From the NCBI GenBank assembly GCA_041742355.1, contig JBGSIV010000228.1, positions 1 to 36,375 on the forward strand: a stretch of 36,375 nucleotides of DNA. The letters run 5' to 3'. Source of the DNA: Candidatus Zixiibacteriota bacterium. GTDB lineage: Bacteria > Zixibacteria > MSB-5A5 > GN15 > FEB-12. Position 1 is the first letter of the stretch. Every line of letters starts with the position of its first letter. The notes beneath the pieces are model-generated. The model had not been told where the DNA came from and did not search any database. It saw nothing but the letters and a program-made list of their open reading frames with translations. The position numbers and the translations under genes were made by a program. Below are positions 25,344 to 35,966 of this stretch, piece after piece.

Positions 25344-28139
25344 TTATTTCACGAGAATCATTTTCATCGACTGCGCCTCATCCCCCCGTCGGAGCTGGTA
25401 AAAATAGACTCCCGATGAGACCTTCTCTCCATTACGGTCTGCCCCATTCCACTCCACCTGATAGGTTCCGGGAATCTGGACTCTGTCCACCAGGATCGCC
25501 ACTTCCTGACCGAGCGCGTTGAACACCGCAAGACGGGTCCGCGGGGTCTTGTCAAAGCTGCTCCCGGTGCTATGAAGCGTATACTGGATTGAAGTAGTTG
25601 GGTTAAAAGGATTCGGGTAGTTCTGTGTAAGCGTGAACGACTGCGGCAGCGGGGCGAACGGGGAGCCGTCGTATACGTCAGTTGCCTGTCCGCCGAAGTA
25701 CGCGATTGTCCGCGCGATGAGCGTATCCTTGTTCTGGTAGCCGCTGGCGTTGTCGTTGTACAGCTCCGGCGGCAGCGTCACAAAGACCGTCTTGTACGTC
25801 CCGCTGTTGTACGAGGTCCCCCAGGTCCGGACCGGCCCGGTCGTCTTGCCCGACTTGAAGCAGGCTTCCGCTCCCGAGAGCGCGGTGACGTACGGAATAG
25901 GGTAGTTGACGGGAATCTGCAAGGTAGCCAGGAAGTACTTCGTCCCCCCACCGACCTGGGTCCCGTCCAACCCCACCATCGTTGGCCAGAACTCGCCCCC
26001 GGCGAAGTTTACCCGGAGGTAGTTGGCCACGAAAGCGCTGTCTTCCGTCTGCAGGTCGTCGATGCCCAGAGTGGCCAAAAAGAGGTTCCCTCCGTTATCC
26101 AGGAAGCCTTTCATCGCGTCAACCTCACTCTGGACAAAGAATGTGCTGGCGGAGGTGTCGCCGGTGTGCCAGAAGACCGAGCTGTAGCCGTTGAGGTCGG
26201 TCGCGTTCGGTATCCCCTGGGTTGCCTTGTCCCAGGTCCGGCTCGGAATGCGCATGTTGCGCAGGGCCTCCTCGTACTCGGCCTGGTAGTCTTCGTCGCC
26301 GTCGCAGTCGACAATGAGCACCTGGGTGGCGCCCACCTGCTGCTCGATGCCGAAGACCGTGGTGAACTCCGAGCCGTTGGTGTTCCCCGGCAGGGAGTCG
26401 GTCGTGATGCTCAGGAAGAACGAGTCGATGACGCTCGTAATCGTATCGCTCACCGTAAAGACAATCGGTGTGCTGTTGGACTTCGCCTCCACCAGGAGGT
26501 CGGTGTTGAAGGCCACGGTGGGTGTGCTGAAGGTGATCCCCTCGCTCATACTGGTCAGGGTGGCCCGGACATTGTAGCTGAAACGCATAGCGTTCTGGAT
26601 CCAGCAGTAGAAGTGGATCGTCTCCCCCGCTTCCGGCAGGCCGTCGCCGTCCCCCCGCGGGGCGTCGTCGTTGAAGAAGAAGCCCGAGCCGGAGATGGGC
26701 GGGGCCGGTACGATGTAGGGCCGGGAGTAGGAGACATCCAGGTCGGCGTACATGATCGAGTCGGAGGTACTGATGTCCCAGACGGCAATACCGGCCGGAT
26801 TGGCCCCCTCCTGCGGGGTGCCACTCCCGTTGAGGTTGGCCCCCGGCCACGAGTAGTAGTGGAACGTGCGGTTGTTGCTGGCGCCGGGGAAGGGGTCGCC
26901 GGCATCGCCGGTGTTGTTCTCGGCGAACTCCAGCTGGAAGGCCCCGTCGGCCTGCTCCATGGCAATGCGGTAGGGCGGGTAGACATTGCTGCCGCCGGCA
27001 TTGGGGGCCCCGTTGTCAAAGTGCCAGATGCACAGCCCTGCTCCCGGCAGGTTGGCGTCAAAGCCCACCTTCTGCCGGTTCTCAACCAGGAAGTACTCGT
27101 TGTCGGTCGTCGTCGTATTCTTCAGCCGGTAGACCACCGGGTTGTACTCCACCGCCGGAATGGCCACCTGAGAGAGGTTGGTGGTGGGCACATCGATGAC
27201 GGTGGCAAAGCGGCTTCCCGGGTGAATCTTGCACCAGGCGTCGAGGTGGGCCGGCCGCTTCGAGCCAAAGAGGTAGTTGCCGGTGGCCATCAACGACCAC
27301 ATGCCGGCCCCGTTGGAGCCGTAGGTGTACTGGATATCGTACAGGTCGGGCAACCCGAGGAAGTGGCCGTACTCGTGGCAGAAGACGCCGATGGGCGACA
27401 GGCTGGAACTGCCCGTTTCTTCGGGGTTCATGGTGTAGTTGGAGATGGTGATGCCGTCTTTGAGGACGTTGCCGATGGTGAACTTGTGCGACCAGATGCC
27501 AAACACCCCTTCTTCGGCCCCCCGACCGGCGTGGATGACCACCAGGCCGTCGCACGTTGAGCCGTTGCGGGAGTGCTCGGTGAAGTCGATCTCGCTGTCG
27601 TAGGTGTTGACCAGCCAGCGGACCAGGTCATCCGAGAGGCTCAGGCCGTCGTCACTGCCGACGTAGTAGGCGTAGGTGTTGGGGGCGGTGTACGGGCCGT
27701 AGATTGTCCCCTTGACGACGAAGTTGCCGTAGGAGACCTCGCGGTAGTAGTCGGTCATCGAGCCGGTCGGGTTGATGATCGCCCCGGCCGTGTCGATGGT
27801 GCTGTCGGAGAAGAGAATGGAGTCAAAGGCCGCCGGGGTGCCGGCCACGCCGGCGCTCATGAGGTTGTCTGAAAACTGGACCATGATGACGCAGACGTTG
27901 ACTGTTTCGACCGCCGCCGCGTCGGCGCGAAGGTCATTAGGCTCCCGGTTGGGCCGGTAGACCGACTCCTCGTTGGCCGAGCAGCCGCCGCGGGCTTTGA
28001 AGGCCTGCCAGGTAGCTATCTTCTCTTCCCAGACTCCCTGCGCTTTCCATTTCGCGATAGCTTCTTCGGTGGGAGCAACGGCCAAGACCGTCGATGCGAG
28101 GGCCATGATGATGATCAGAGCGGGTATCAGGCGTGCCAT
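25344..28139 (-). CDS. M6-family (immune inhibitor A-like) zinc metalloprotease with C-terminal sorting (T9SS type A/FlgD-like) domain
   Basis: Signal peptide, GSMTDYYREVSYG, HEYGHFLGLPDLY, WSLMATG, EYFLVENRQ, and QNYPNPFNPTT..SGVYFYQL..KMILVK. Confidence 0.93.
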   Translation of the reverse strand: MARLIPALIIIMALASTVLAVAPTEEAIAKWKAQGVWEEKIATWQAFKARGGCSANEESVYRPNREPNDLRADAAAVETVNVCVIMVQFSDNLMSAGVAGTPAAFDSILFSDSTIDTAGAIINPTGSMTDYYREVSYGNFVVKGTIYGPYTAPNTYAYYVGSDDGLSLSDDLVRWLVNTYDSEIDFTEHSRNGSTCDGLVVIHAGRGAEEGVFGIWSHKFTIGNVLKDGITISNYTMNPEETGSSSLSPIGVFCHEYGHFLGLPDLYDIQYTYGSNGAGMWSLMATGNYLFGSKRPAHLDAWCKIHPGSRFATVIDVPTTNLSQVAIPAVEYNPVVYRLKNTTTTDNEYFLVENRQKVGFDANLPGAGLCIWHFDNGAPNAGGSNVYPPYRIAMEQADGAFQLEFAENNTGDAGDPFPGASNNRTFHYYSWPGANLNGSGTPQEGANPAGIAVWDISTSDSIMYADLDVSYSRPYIVPAPPISGSGFFFNDDAPRGDGDGLPEAGETIHFYCWIQNAMRFSYNVRATLTSMSEGITFSTPTVAFNTDLLVEAKSNSTPIVFTVSDTITSVIDSFFLSITTDSLPGNTNGSEFTTVFGIEQQVGATQVLIVDCDGDEDYQAEYEEALRNMRIPSRTWDKATQGIPNATDLNGYSSVFWHTGDTSASTFFVQSEVDAMKGFLDNGGNLFLATLGIDDLQTEDSAFVANYLRVNFAGGEFWPTMVGLDGTQVGGGTKYFLATLQIPVNYPIPYVTALSGAEACFKSGKTTGPVRTWGTSYNSGTYKTVFVTLPPELYNDNASGYQNKDTLIARTIAYFGGQATDVYDGSPFAPLPQSFTLTQNYPNPFNPTTSIQYTLHSTGSSFDKTPRTRLAVFNALGQEVAILVDRVQIPGTYQVEWNGADRNGEKVSSGVYFYQLRRGDEAQSMKMILVK

Positions 28140-28240
28140 GGGGTTCTATCCTTGCTGTCCTTGTCGTGAAGGAACGTTCTTTTCAATCAGTAACATCGAA
28201 GCCCGGCGATCGTTTCACCGGGGAGTGAAAAGCGCCGTCA

Positions 28241-31132
28241 TCACTTGAGCAGGACCATCTTGCGGGTCAGGTCCGTTCCTTCCGTCGAGAGGCGGTAGAA
28301 GTACACGCCGCTGGCCAGTTCGCCTGCCTGCCACTCCACCGAGTGCTGGCCGGCCGCCAGGCGGCCCTCGTGAAGAACCGCGACCTCCTGCCCCAGACTA
28401 TTGTAAACCCGAAGCGAGACTTCCGACGCACCCGGGAGCGAGAACGCAATCTTCGTCGACGGGTTGAACGGGTTCGGGTAGTTCTGGTGCAGTTCGTAGA
28501 CGGCCGGGAGCGTGTTGCCATCCGTATCCGTACCGGTCGCCTGGTCGTGCAGCCGTCGCGCCGCCGCCGCGTTCGCGAACAACTCACTCTGGTTGCGGCC
28601 GCCGACAAAGGCGAACGACACCTCCACCGAATCCCGCGCCGGGATCGCGAATGGCCCGGCGCTTACGATGAAGAAGCGATCGTCGCTCTGCGCCGCACCG
28701 AGTTCGACACCCGGACGGGAAATTATATCAAACAATTCCGCCTTCGTAAAGCCCCTTTTGGTGATCTCGCCATTATCGAACACTTTGAAGGATGTCACAC
28801 CGCTCAGCCCGACCAGCCCGGCCTGAGGGCCGGACGCTCCGGCATGATGAACCAGATTAAGTGTTTGATCGTAGCCGACTGATTCCATGCCGGTCAGGTC
28901 GAAATCGACCAGCAAACCAAAGCTCAGATTCGAAATATTCTCAAGGCTCGTGTTCTGTAGACGATAGGTGACAATCAGCAGCCCGTTGTTGTCCAGGCTC
29001 GGATACACGGCCGTCTCCTGTCGCACGGTTATCGGGATCGGGATTTGGGCGGAGCGGTCACTGAACTGGGCAGACCGGCGATATCCGCCGTCCGATCCCG
29101 TCCATTCATCGCTGAGGTTGTGCAGAGGGGTGAAGTCGCTCGCCGCCAGACCACCAGCAGCGCTTCGTACGCCCGACGACAACTGGAGCGCGTTGCGGCC
29201 CAGGATGATGCCTGCTTCGTAGAGCAGGTTGTCGCTCCCGGCCACGCTGAAACCCTCCCCACGAATGTTGTAGATCGAGCCCGGCGCCAGCCCGAACATG
29301 CCAAAATCCGACACGGTCACCTCGAGCTCGTCGGTATGGTGAGTCGCAATCGTGCCATTGGGGGCAATCCCGACCACGAGGTTGAACGTGAGTGTGTCAG
29401 TGTCGACATTGTCGCCGTAGGACAGCAAGAGCTGGAACGGGAGCACCAGGCCGTTATGCAGCGTATCGCTGAGGAGCAGGACGAGAGGTGTCTGGTTGAT
29501 TGCTGAGAGACGCGTGCCCGAGAAGGAGAACGCCGTCTGCGCGGTGAGCACGGATACGCCAGACGCGGCCTTTGACACCAGGCGACCGGTAATCAGGTCA
29601 AGGTTGCCGCTCGCGTTGCCGACTGTGACGCTCAGATCAACCTGTTCGCCCGGCAGCGCCAGGCCGTCGCCGGACACGCTCACCCGGCTCAGGCTGAATA
29701 CCGGCACGGTCGGATCGGCGATGTGCTCCAGTAGGCGCGATGCATCGACAAGGCCATTGCCATAGTTATTGTCCTTGCCGGCCGTGCCGAGGTCGGTGGA
29801 AGCGAGGATGAACGCGTTCTTTATCTGATCGACTGAGGCATTCGGATTGTATTCGCGAATCAGCGCTACAAGGCCGGCGATGTAGGGCGCAGCCATCGAT
29901 GTTCCCGAAAGCAATTTGTAGGTACCGTCCAGATGTGATGAGCGGATGTTGACTCCCGGCGCCACGACATCCGGCTTGACCGTTAACTGGTCGCAAGAGG
30001 CCGGGCCGCGGCTGGAGAAGCCGGCGACGATGTTGTAGTTGTCGACTGCGCCGACAGCAAAGGAGCAGAGCGGGCTGAGTACCATGTCCGCCGGATTGCG
30101 CAGGCTCATAGGCGTCGGGCCTTCGTTCCCCGCCGCAAAGATCGTCACGATCCCGGCCGCTTCGACATTCTCGATAACGGTCGCAAAGGTCTCGTCGCAC
30201 GGCTGAAACAGCCCCTTCGGGATACCCCAGCTGTTGAGGATTACGTCGGGCACGTCGGAGGTCGTAGCCGCGTTGCCGTCGGGGTTCAGCGCCCACTGAA
30301 AGGCCTCGATAATATCGGCAATCGTGGTTCCCAGCGGCCGCCCCTGGTCGATGACCCCCGCGCTAATCCACTGAGCGCCCGGCGCCACGCCGATCGTATC
30401 GGATCCGGCGGAGCCGAGCATAATCCCCATCGTGTGCGTACCGTGGCCGGAAACGTCGGCGGGCAGCGCTGCGGGCGCTACTTTAGAGAACCAGCTTGCC
30501 GAGAGCGGCGCAGTAGTTCCGCGCCACTTTGAGGCGAGGGCAGGATGGTCGTACTCCACGCCGGTGTCAAACGAGCAGATCAGGCGACCCTTGCCGGAGA
30601 GGCCCCTCTGCCAGAGCGCCGGCACCTTGAGTTGCTGCAGCGGTTGCGAAACGGTGGCGGCCAGCGCGCCGGTCGCGGGACGTTCGTCCACCGGCTCGAT
30701 CACTGTGAGGGGTACATTCTCCACTACGAGCCGAACGCCGTCTATATTGGCAAGGTTGACCAGTTCACTCACCGGCACGGTCGCGGCGAACGCCGGGGTG
30801 ACCCAGTACTCCTGAATTCCCAACTGAGCTTTAGTTTGGAGAAACCGCGCGACCTCATCGCGGCCGTGAGCCTTCCGTCCCTGCAACTCCGCGGTCATCC
30901 GCTTGATCCGTTCATCCCGGCTCATTTCCGCCGCCGCCATCATTGCGGTGCGGCGATTGTCTTCCTCGAGGAAGACCACGATGTTGACCAGGCTGTCGGA
31001 GCCGCCCTGGCGATCCACGAGTTCGGACAAACCCGGCGCGAGCGCCGCCTGCCCGAAAACGTCACCCGGGAACGCCACAAGGGCCGCGAGAACAACGAAG
31101 GCGAAGAGTATGCAGATAACGAATAATCTCAT
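28241..31132 (-). CDS. S8 (subtilisin-like) serine peptidase with C-terminal sorting (T9SS type A-like) domain
   Basis: Catalytic triad FDTG, HGTHTMG and GTSMAAP; oxyanion AAGNEG; QNYPNPFNPST..SGVYFYRL..KMVLLK. Confidence 0.95.
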   Translation of the reverse strand: MRLFVICILFAFVVLAALVAFPGDVFGQAALAPGLSELVDRQGGSDSLVNIVVFLEEDNRRTAMMAAAEMSRDERIKRMTAELQGRKAHGRDEVARFLQTKAQLGIQEYWVTPAFAATVPVSELVNLANIDGVRLVVENVPLTVIEPVDERPATGALAATVSQPLQQLKVPALWQRGLSGKGRLICSFDTGVEYDHPALASKWRGTTAPLSASWFSKVAPAALPADVSGHGTHTMGIMLGSAGSDTIGVAPGAQWISAGVIDQGRPLGTTIADIIEAFQWALNPDGNAATTSDVPDVILNSWGIPKGLFQPCDETFATVIENVEAAGIVTIFAAGNEGPTPMSLRNPADMVLSPLCSFAVGAVDNYNIVAGFSSRGPASCDQLTVKPDVVAPGVNIRSSHLDGTYKLLSGTSMAAPYIAGLVALIREYNPNASVDQIKNAFILASTDLGTAGKDNNYGNGLVDASRLLEHIADPTVPVFSLSRVSVSGDGLALPGEQVDLSVTVGNASGNLDLITGRLVSKAASGVSVLTAQTAFSFSGTRLSAINQTPLVLLLSDTLHNGLVLPFQLLLSYGDNVDTDTLTFNLVVGIAPNGTIATHHTDELEVTVSDFGMFGLAPGSIYNIRGEGFSVAGSDNLLYEAGIILGRNALQLSSGVRSAAGGLAASDFTPLHNLSDEWTGSDGGYRRSAQFSDRSAQIPIPITVRQETAVYPSLDNNGLLIVTYRLQNTSLENISNLSFGLLVDFDLTGMESVGYDQTLNLVHHAGASGPQAGLVGLSGVTSFKVFDNGEITKRGFTKAELFDIISRPGVELGAAQSDDRFFIVSAGPFAIPARDSVEVSFAFVGGRNQSELFANAAAARRLHDQATGTDTDGNTLPAVYELHQNYPNPFNPSTKIAFSLPGASEVSLRVYNSLGQEVAVLHEGRLAAGQHSVEWQAGELASGVYFYRLSTEGTDLTRKMVLLK

Positions 31133-31166
31133 CGGTTCTCCTTCAGCTTAGTCTGGACAGGCTTGA

Positions 31167-31182
31167 AGCAAAGGTTATGCCG
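31167..31182 (-). promoter_or_regulatory. sigma54 (-24/-12) promoter of the S8 peptidase
   Basis: Minus strand CGGCATAACCTTTGCT = GG-N10-GC. Confidence 0.7.
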
Positions 31183-31408
31183 TGATCCAAATGACATTCT
31201 TTCGGCAAACCGTTGCACACAGCCATTCTAATCAGGCGGCAAGCCGCTGATTTTCAGCGAATTATGAGAACCTCTCGGATGCGGTGGGATGTTTGGGCGG
31301 AGATGCGGAAATGCATGTCGTGCAACTTCTGCAACACAGTGCATACGGCGCTTGGTTTCATCAAAATTTTTGCAGGTTCGCTTCAGTCGCCGTGTCTATA
31401 TTGGGTCA

Positions 31409-33589
31409 ATGGTTTCGGAGTGGAAGAATCACCGCGCGCCAGTTCTCCTCTGGCTCATTCTGCTCGTCGCCGCGGCGCTTCGAGTCGCTTACCTGGTGAT
31501 GTACTCCTCCATGCCCGACTGGGGCATGCTCACGGTCGACAATTACTACCACCACAACTGGGCGCTCGACATCGCGCAGGGCGACATCCTCGGTGACACG
31601 ACCTACTTTCGCGCGCCGCTCTATGTCTGGGTGCTCGCTGCTGCTTACGTGCTCTTCGGCGCATCACTGTGGACCGCTCGGGTTCTCGGGATGTTCATCG
31701 GTTTGGCTTCGGTGGTGGTGACCTATTTGCTCGGTACGCGCCTCGCGTCGCGCCGGGTCGGCCTGCTCGCCGCCGCCCTGCATGCTGTCTGGCCCACGGC
31801 CCTGTACTTCGAGTCAGAGTTGCTGCTCGATCCCCTCTTCCTGCTGCTGATGGAGCTGGCCGTCTGGCGCATGACAGTCTGGTTTGATTCGGAGCGGCCC
31901 CGCGACGCGTTCCTCACAGGCCTCTTCCTCGGCCTCGCGGCTATCACCCGTCCCACGGTGCTGGTGCTCCTCGCGGTAATGGCCGGCGTTCTGCTCGTGC
32001 GCCGCGCTAACCTTCGCGCTGTCGCACAATCGGCTCTGATGGTAGCGCTCGGCCTCGTGGCGACTATCGGCCCGGTCTTCGCCCGCAACTACATCGTCGC
32101 CGGCGATCCGGTGATGATCGCCGCGCAGGGTGGAATAAACCTCTACATCGGCAACAACGATGCGGCCGACGGCATCTCGGCCACTCTGCCCGAGCCGCTC
32201 GGCTTCAACTGGCAGATTCGCGATGTGGAGTGGATTGCCGAACGCTCCGCCGGAGGGGAGCTGACTCCCGGTCAGGTCTCATCCTACTGGAGCGACCGGG
32301 CGATCGAATGGATCAGGGAGAATCCAGGCCGTTTTGCCTCGCTCTACCTTGCCAAGCTCTACCGCAGCATCTCGACGGTCGAAATCTCCAACAACCGTGC
32401 CCTCGGTCAGTTCTTCCGCCGGATGCCGCTGCTGCACTACAACCCGCTCGAATTCGGCATGCTTTTCGCGCTGGCGATCTGCGGCATGGTGGCGAGCATT
32501 GGCGGCAACTCGCGGGCGCGCATCATTGCCTCGGCCATCCTTCTGTACACGCTGGCCTCAGCCCTCTTCTTCTTCAACAGCCGCTTCCGCTTGCCGCTGG
32601 TCCCGCTGTATCTGGTCTTCGCGGCCGCCGGAATCTTTGCGCTCGTCGACACCCTGCACAAGCGACCGGGGCGCATGGTGCTCCCACTCGTCGCTGCGAT
32701 AGTAGCAGGCCTTCTGTCCTACCTGCCGCTGGTGGCGCTTCCGGCCGGTATATCGCCGCAATCTCTCATGGCGGCCGCAAACTACGCCTTCGCCCAGGGC
32801 AACAACAGCGAGGCGCTGAGGCTCTCACAAGAAGCCGCCCGGGCTAATCCCACTTTTCCCGAAGTGCACCTGAACATCGGCAACGCTCTCGTCCGCCTCG
32901 GCAATCCGGCTGCGGCGCGAGAGGCGTACGAACGAGAGCTGGAACTCCATCCGCAACGCGCCAAGGCCTACACCAACCTCGCGTCGCTCGCCCTTGTAGA
33001 AGACGATATCGGGCGAGCGCTCGAGTGGTCGCAGAAAGCAATCTCTCTTCGCCCGTATGACTATGATGCCAACCTCGTTCGCCTGCGCGCGCTCGCGGCG
33101 GTCGACACTCTCCCCTCGTCGGCTATGGTCGCTGAAATCCGGGCTGCCGCCGCACGCACCGACGATGACGTCTACTTGCTCAACGACGCCGGCATTATCC
33201 TCACTGGCCTCGGCCACCCGGATCTCGCGGTCGAAATTCTCAGTCGCGCGCTTGAGGCTGATCCTCCGCCGATCGAGACCGACGACCACGCCTTTCTCCC
33301 TCGGTACCGGCACAGCCGTGAGAACATGCGTGCGCAGTATGCGCGCGCCGCCTACCAGCTCGGGTTTATCGCCGGGGTCAATGGTCGTTTCGAAGAGGCC
33401 GTTGCCCGGTCCCGGCAGGCGATTGATAACGACTCGTCGCTGGCCGATGCCTGGGTGAACCTGATTTCCGGTTACATGGCGATGGGCCGTCCGGCTTCAG
33501 CCGATTCCGCTCTCTCAGCCGCGCTCCAACGCTTCCCAACTCACGCACCTCTCCAGCGCCTTCAGCAGCACCTCCGGTCACAGCCATAA
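31409..33589 (+). CDS. GT-C fold (ArnT/PMT, GT39-like) membrane glycosyltransferase with C-terminal TPR repeats
   Basis: VDNYYH, YFRAPLY, many TM helices, GLAAITRP, GGINLYIGNN and RFRLP, then TPRs (HLNIGNAL, YTNLASL, AWVNL). Start ATG 31409. Confidence 0.88.
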   Translation: MVSEWKNHRAPVLLWLILLVAAALRVAYLVMYSSMPDWGMLTVDNYYHHNWALDIAQGDILGDTTYFRAPLYVWVLAAAYVLFGASLWTARVLGMFIGLASVVVTYLLGTRLASRRVGLLAAALHAVWPTALYFESELLLDPLFLLLMELAVWRMTVWFDSERPRDAFLTGLFLGLAAITRPTVLVLLAVMAGVLLVRRANLRAVAQSALMVALGLVATIGPVFARNYIVAGDPVMIAAQGGINLYIGNNDAADGISATLPEPLGFNWQIRDVEWIAERSAGGELTPGQVSSYWSDRAIEWIRENPGRFASLYLAKLYRSISTVEISNNRALGQFFRRMPLLHYNPLEFGMLFALAICGMVASIGGNSRARIIASAILLYTLASALFFFNSRFRLPLVPLYLVFAAAGIFALVDTLHKRPGRMVLPLVAAIVAGLLSYLPLVALPAGISPQSLMAAANYAFAQGNNSEALRLSQEAARANPTFPEVHLNIGNALVRLGNPAAAREAYERELELHPQRAKAYTNLASLALVEDDIGRALEWSQKAISLRPYDYDANLVRLRALAAVDTLPSSAMVAEIRAAAARTDDDVYLLNDAGIILTGLGHPDLAVEILSRALEADPPPIETDDHAFLPRYRHSRENMRAQYARAAYQLGFIAGVNGRFEEAVARSRQAIDNDSSLADAWVNLISGYMAMGRPASADSALSAALQRFPTHAPLQRLQQHLRSQP

Positions 33590-33620
33590 AAAAAAGGGAC
33601 CGGAGCTATTGCTCCGGTCC
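33588..33620 (-). terminator. Intrinsic terminator (T-tail on the minus strand) between convergent genes
   Basis: A8 then GGACCGGAGC/GCTCCGGTCC. Confidence 0.8.
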
Positions 33621-33647
33621 TCGAATTGACCTGCTGAAAAGGGGTGC

Positions 33648-35948
33648 TTACTGCGTCCGGCGAAGGTTATCCATCGCCTCGCGGCTCAGCGTTCCGCCGT
33701 CTTCGAGCGTCTGCTGATCGCAACGCTTCCAGTACCGGGCCCGCTGCTCCTCGACGCTCAGCTTAACTGCCGAGCCCGGATAGCGGATCTCGGACACCGG
33801 CTCAATCGTTGCTGGGTCGTAGAGGAAGTTCATCACGTCGTCAAAGAGCTGCTGGAGCTCCGGCCCCTGTTTCAAGGCATAGGGGGTGAAGCACATGTGG
33901 ACTGTCTTGAACAGGCCGCTGTTGTAACGATGGGCGAACGGCGCTCCTTCGAAGTTGTAGTCGAAGGGCGCTCCCTGTACAACGCGAGTGCCGAGCGGGT
34001 GTGAACCACCGTTCGATCCGTAGTGCGACTTGTACAGGTACATGACTTCCGCGCCGTACCGGGCTTCCACCCAATTGATCTCAGGCAGGTACGGCACTTC
34101 GGCATTGAAGAAGCGGAACCGCCCGAAGGTCCAGGAGTACAGCGAACGCACCCGCGATGAATCGAATTCGATATCGGGCCACAGTGCCGAGTTCAGGCTG
34201 TATCCGCCCATGCAGTCCTGCGCATCGAAAGCCGGGGGCTTCCCTGGCAGAACCGAGTCCGGAGCGGCGGGATTCTCTGCCTTGGCCCGTTTGAAAATGG
34301 CGTGATTGAACCAGCCCGAATACAGACCTCTGTTCACGGCGAAGTAGAACCCGTAGGTCGCTTGCAGCACCGCGCCTCCGGGGAACTCCGGAGTATGCGT
34401 CTCCTGCGACAGCGAAGTACCGCCGACCGCCGCACGGTCGGTGACCCAGACGTTCACACCGGCGTCAATGCCCTTGAATATGGGCGTCAGCCAGTTCTTG
34501 TCCAGCGGCGGCGCATTCACGCAGTCATTGTACAGAATGAGCACTTTGTGCTGCAGGATAGTCTTGAGCGGCAGCTTGCCGGAGTATTTGCCGGCCCGGA
34601 AGCCGTAATCCCGGAAATCGAAATTAATCGTGGGATTCCATTCGAGCAGCCGGTCGCGCCACCATTGGTAGATTGGGCTGGTATCGTTGTTCCCCCCCAT
34701 GATGCGTACACCCGGCGGCGGAGCGGATACCACTGTCCAGTCCATGACGAAGACGTCGCGCTCAAAACGAGGATCGATCACTCGCAACGTATCAAAGGCC
34801 GGTGACGGATCCGGAACCAGCGCATCGTCACGTGACCGGATCCAGAAGATGAAACTCTTCTCAACTGTAGTGTCGTTCTGATCGAATTTGAATACATCGT
34901 AAATAGTATCGCGCGTGGCGGTCACCCAATCGCTGACAGCAGGGCACAGGGTATCGCTCTCCCCCTGGCCCAGCGACGCCAGGCACTCCGGATCCCGCTT
35001 CACCGAGCTGTCGGCAATCCGATTCAGAGAATCGTTGTCGGCGAAACCCGGGGCAGTGATATCGAAGAACCTCACCGACTCTCCGAGGTAAGAGGGTATG
35101 TCGGAATCGATTCCGATAACCCACGAGTCGCAGCTGATGTTCGTATCGGTGTCCGTGAAGACCGTGTCGCAGACGGTGAAGGTGTCACCCGGCTTGTAGA
35201 TGAAACCGTCCGTCGACTGGAACGCCGTCTTGAAATAGGTCGAGGCGATTGACGCAATCTGGTCATCGCTGTACGGCCCGTACAACCGCCACTGGTATTC
35301 GAACGGCGGGGGATCGGTCGGATAGTCGATGCGATCCGCGCCCGTCCACGACAGCCGCACGCCGGTGACAATACCGCCCGGCCTGGGCGCATTCACAAAC
35401 GGCGCCGAAGAACGGAAGTCCAGAATATTGGTCGTGGGCGGGTTGTCATTCCGGGAGAACTTGCGGAAGACAATCTGCGAACCCAGTCCCTCCAGGTCGA
35501 ACGCCTGCAGGAAGACCCACTGTGAGACGAAGCCCCGGACCGGATTCGCGGTATCCGCAACCAGCCGTATCGAGCGCGTCGTCTGCGGGTTCGCCGAAGC
35601 CGGATCGACATCGATATAGATCCAGTCGTCGTCAGTCAGGGTCTCGATGTAATCATCGGGGCTGACGCCCTCGCCCATCTCGAACGCCGTGGCGACATGG
35701 TAGCGGTAGTGGTCGATCAGGCCGTCGACATCGGTGCCGTACCAGTACACGATGGGGTTGCGGGAGAACGACTGGCCCTCCGGCGGGATGTTGGCGAAAT
35801 GCACGACCGGCGCCTGGTTGGCGTTGCGGTCGCCCTGCAGGGTATCGGTGCAGCCGGAAACCAGCAGCCCGATCCACAACACGGCGGCCGTCAGAACCAT
35901 GACCGGCAGCACTGCCCATTTGGAGCGATATATCATTGCTGTTTTCAT
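33648..35948 (-). CDS. Large lipoprotein with Ig/FN3-like repeats, function unknown
   Basis: Lipobox LVSGC, NQAP, WYGTDVDG..YRY, WTGAD..YQWRL and RSRDDALVPDPSPA. Confidence 0.8.
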   Translation of the reverse strand: MKTAMIYRSKWAVLPVMVLTAAVLWIGLLVSGCTDTLQGDRNANQAPVVHFANIPPEGQSFSRNPIVYWYGTDVDGLIDHYRYHVATAFEMGEGVSPDDYIETLTDDDWIYIDVDPASANPQTTRSIRLVADTANPVRGFVSQWVFLQAFDLEGLGSQIVFRKFSRNDNPPTTNILDFRSSAPFVNAPRPGGIVTGVRLSWTGADRIDYPTDPPPFEYQWRLYGPYSDDQIASIASTYFKTAFQSTDGFIYKPGDTFTVCDTVFTDTDTNISCDSWVIGIDSDIPSYLGESVRFFDITAPGFADNDSLNRIADSSVKRDPECLASLGQGESDTLCPAVSDWVTATRDTIYDVFKFDQNDTTVEKSFIFWIRSRDDALVPDPSPAFDTLRVIDPRFERDVFVMDWTVVSAPPPGVRIMGGNNDTSPIYQWWRDRLLEWNPTINFDFRDYGFRAGKYSGKLPLKTILQHKVLILYNDCVNAPPLDKNWLTPIFKGIDAGVNVWVTDRAAVGGTSLSQETHTPEFPGGAVLQATYGFYFAVNRGLYSGWFNHAIFKRAKAENPAAPDSVLPGKPPAFDAQDCMGGYSLNSALWPDIEFDSSRVRSLYSWTFGRFRFFNAEVPYLPEINWVEARYGAEVMYLYKSHYGSNGGSHPLGTRVVQGAPFDYNFEGAPFAHRYNSGLFKTVHMCFTPYALKQGPELQQLFDDVMNFLYDPATIEPVSEIRYPGSAVKLSVEEQRARYWKRCDQQTLEDGGTLSREAMDNLRRTQ

Positions 35949-35966
35949 TCCTCTTTACGCCTCCCC

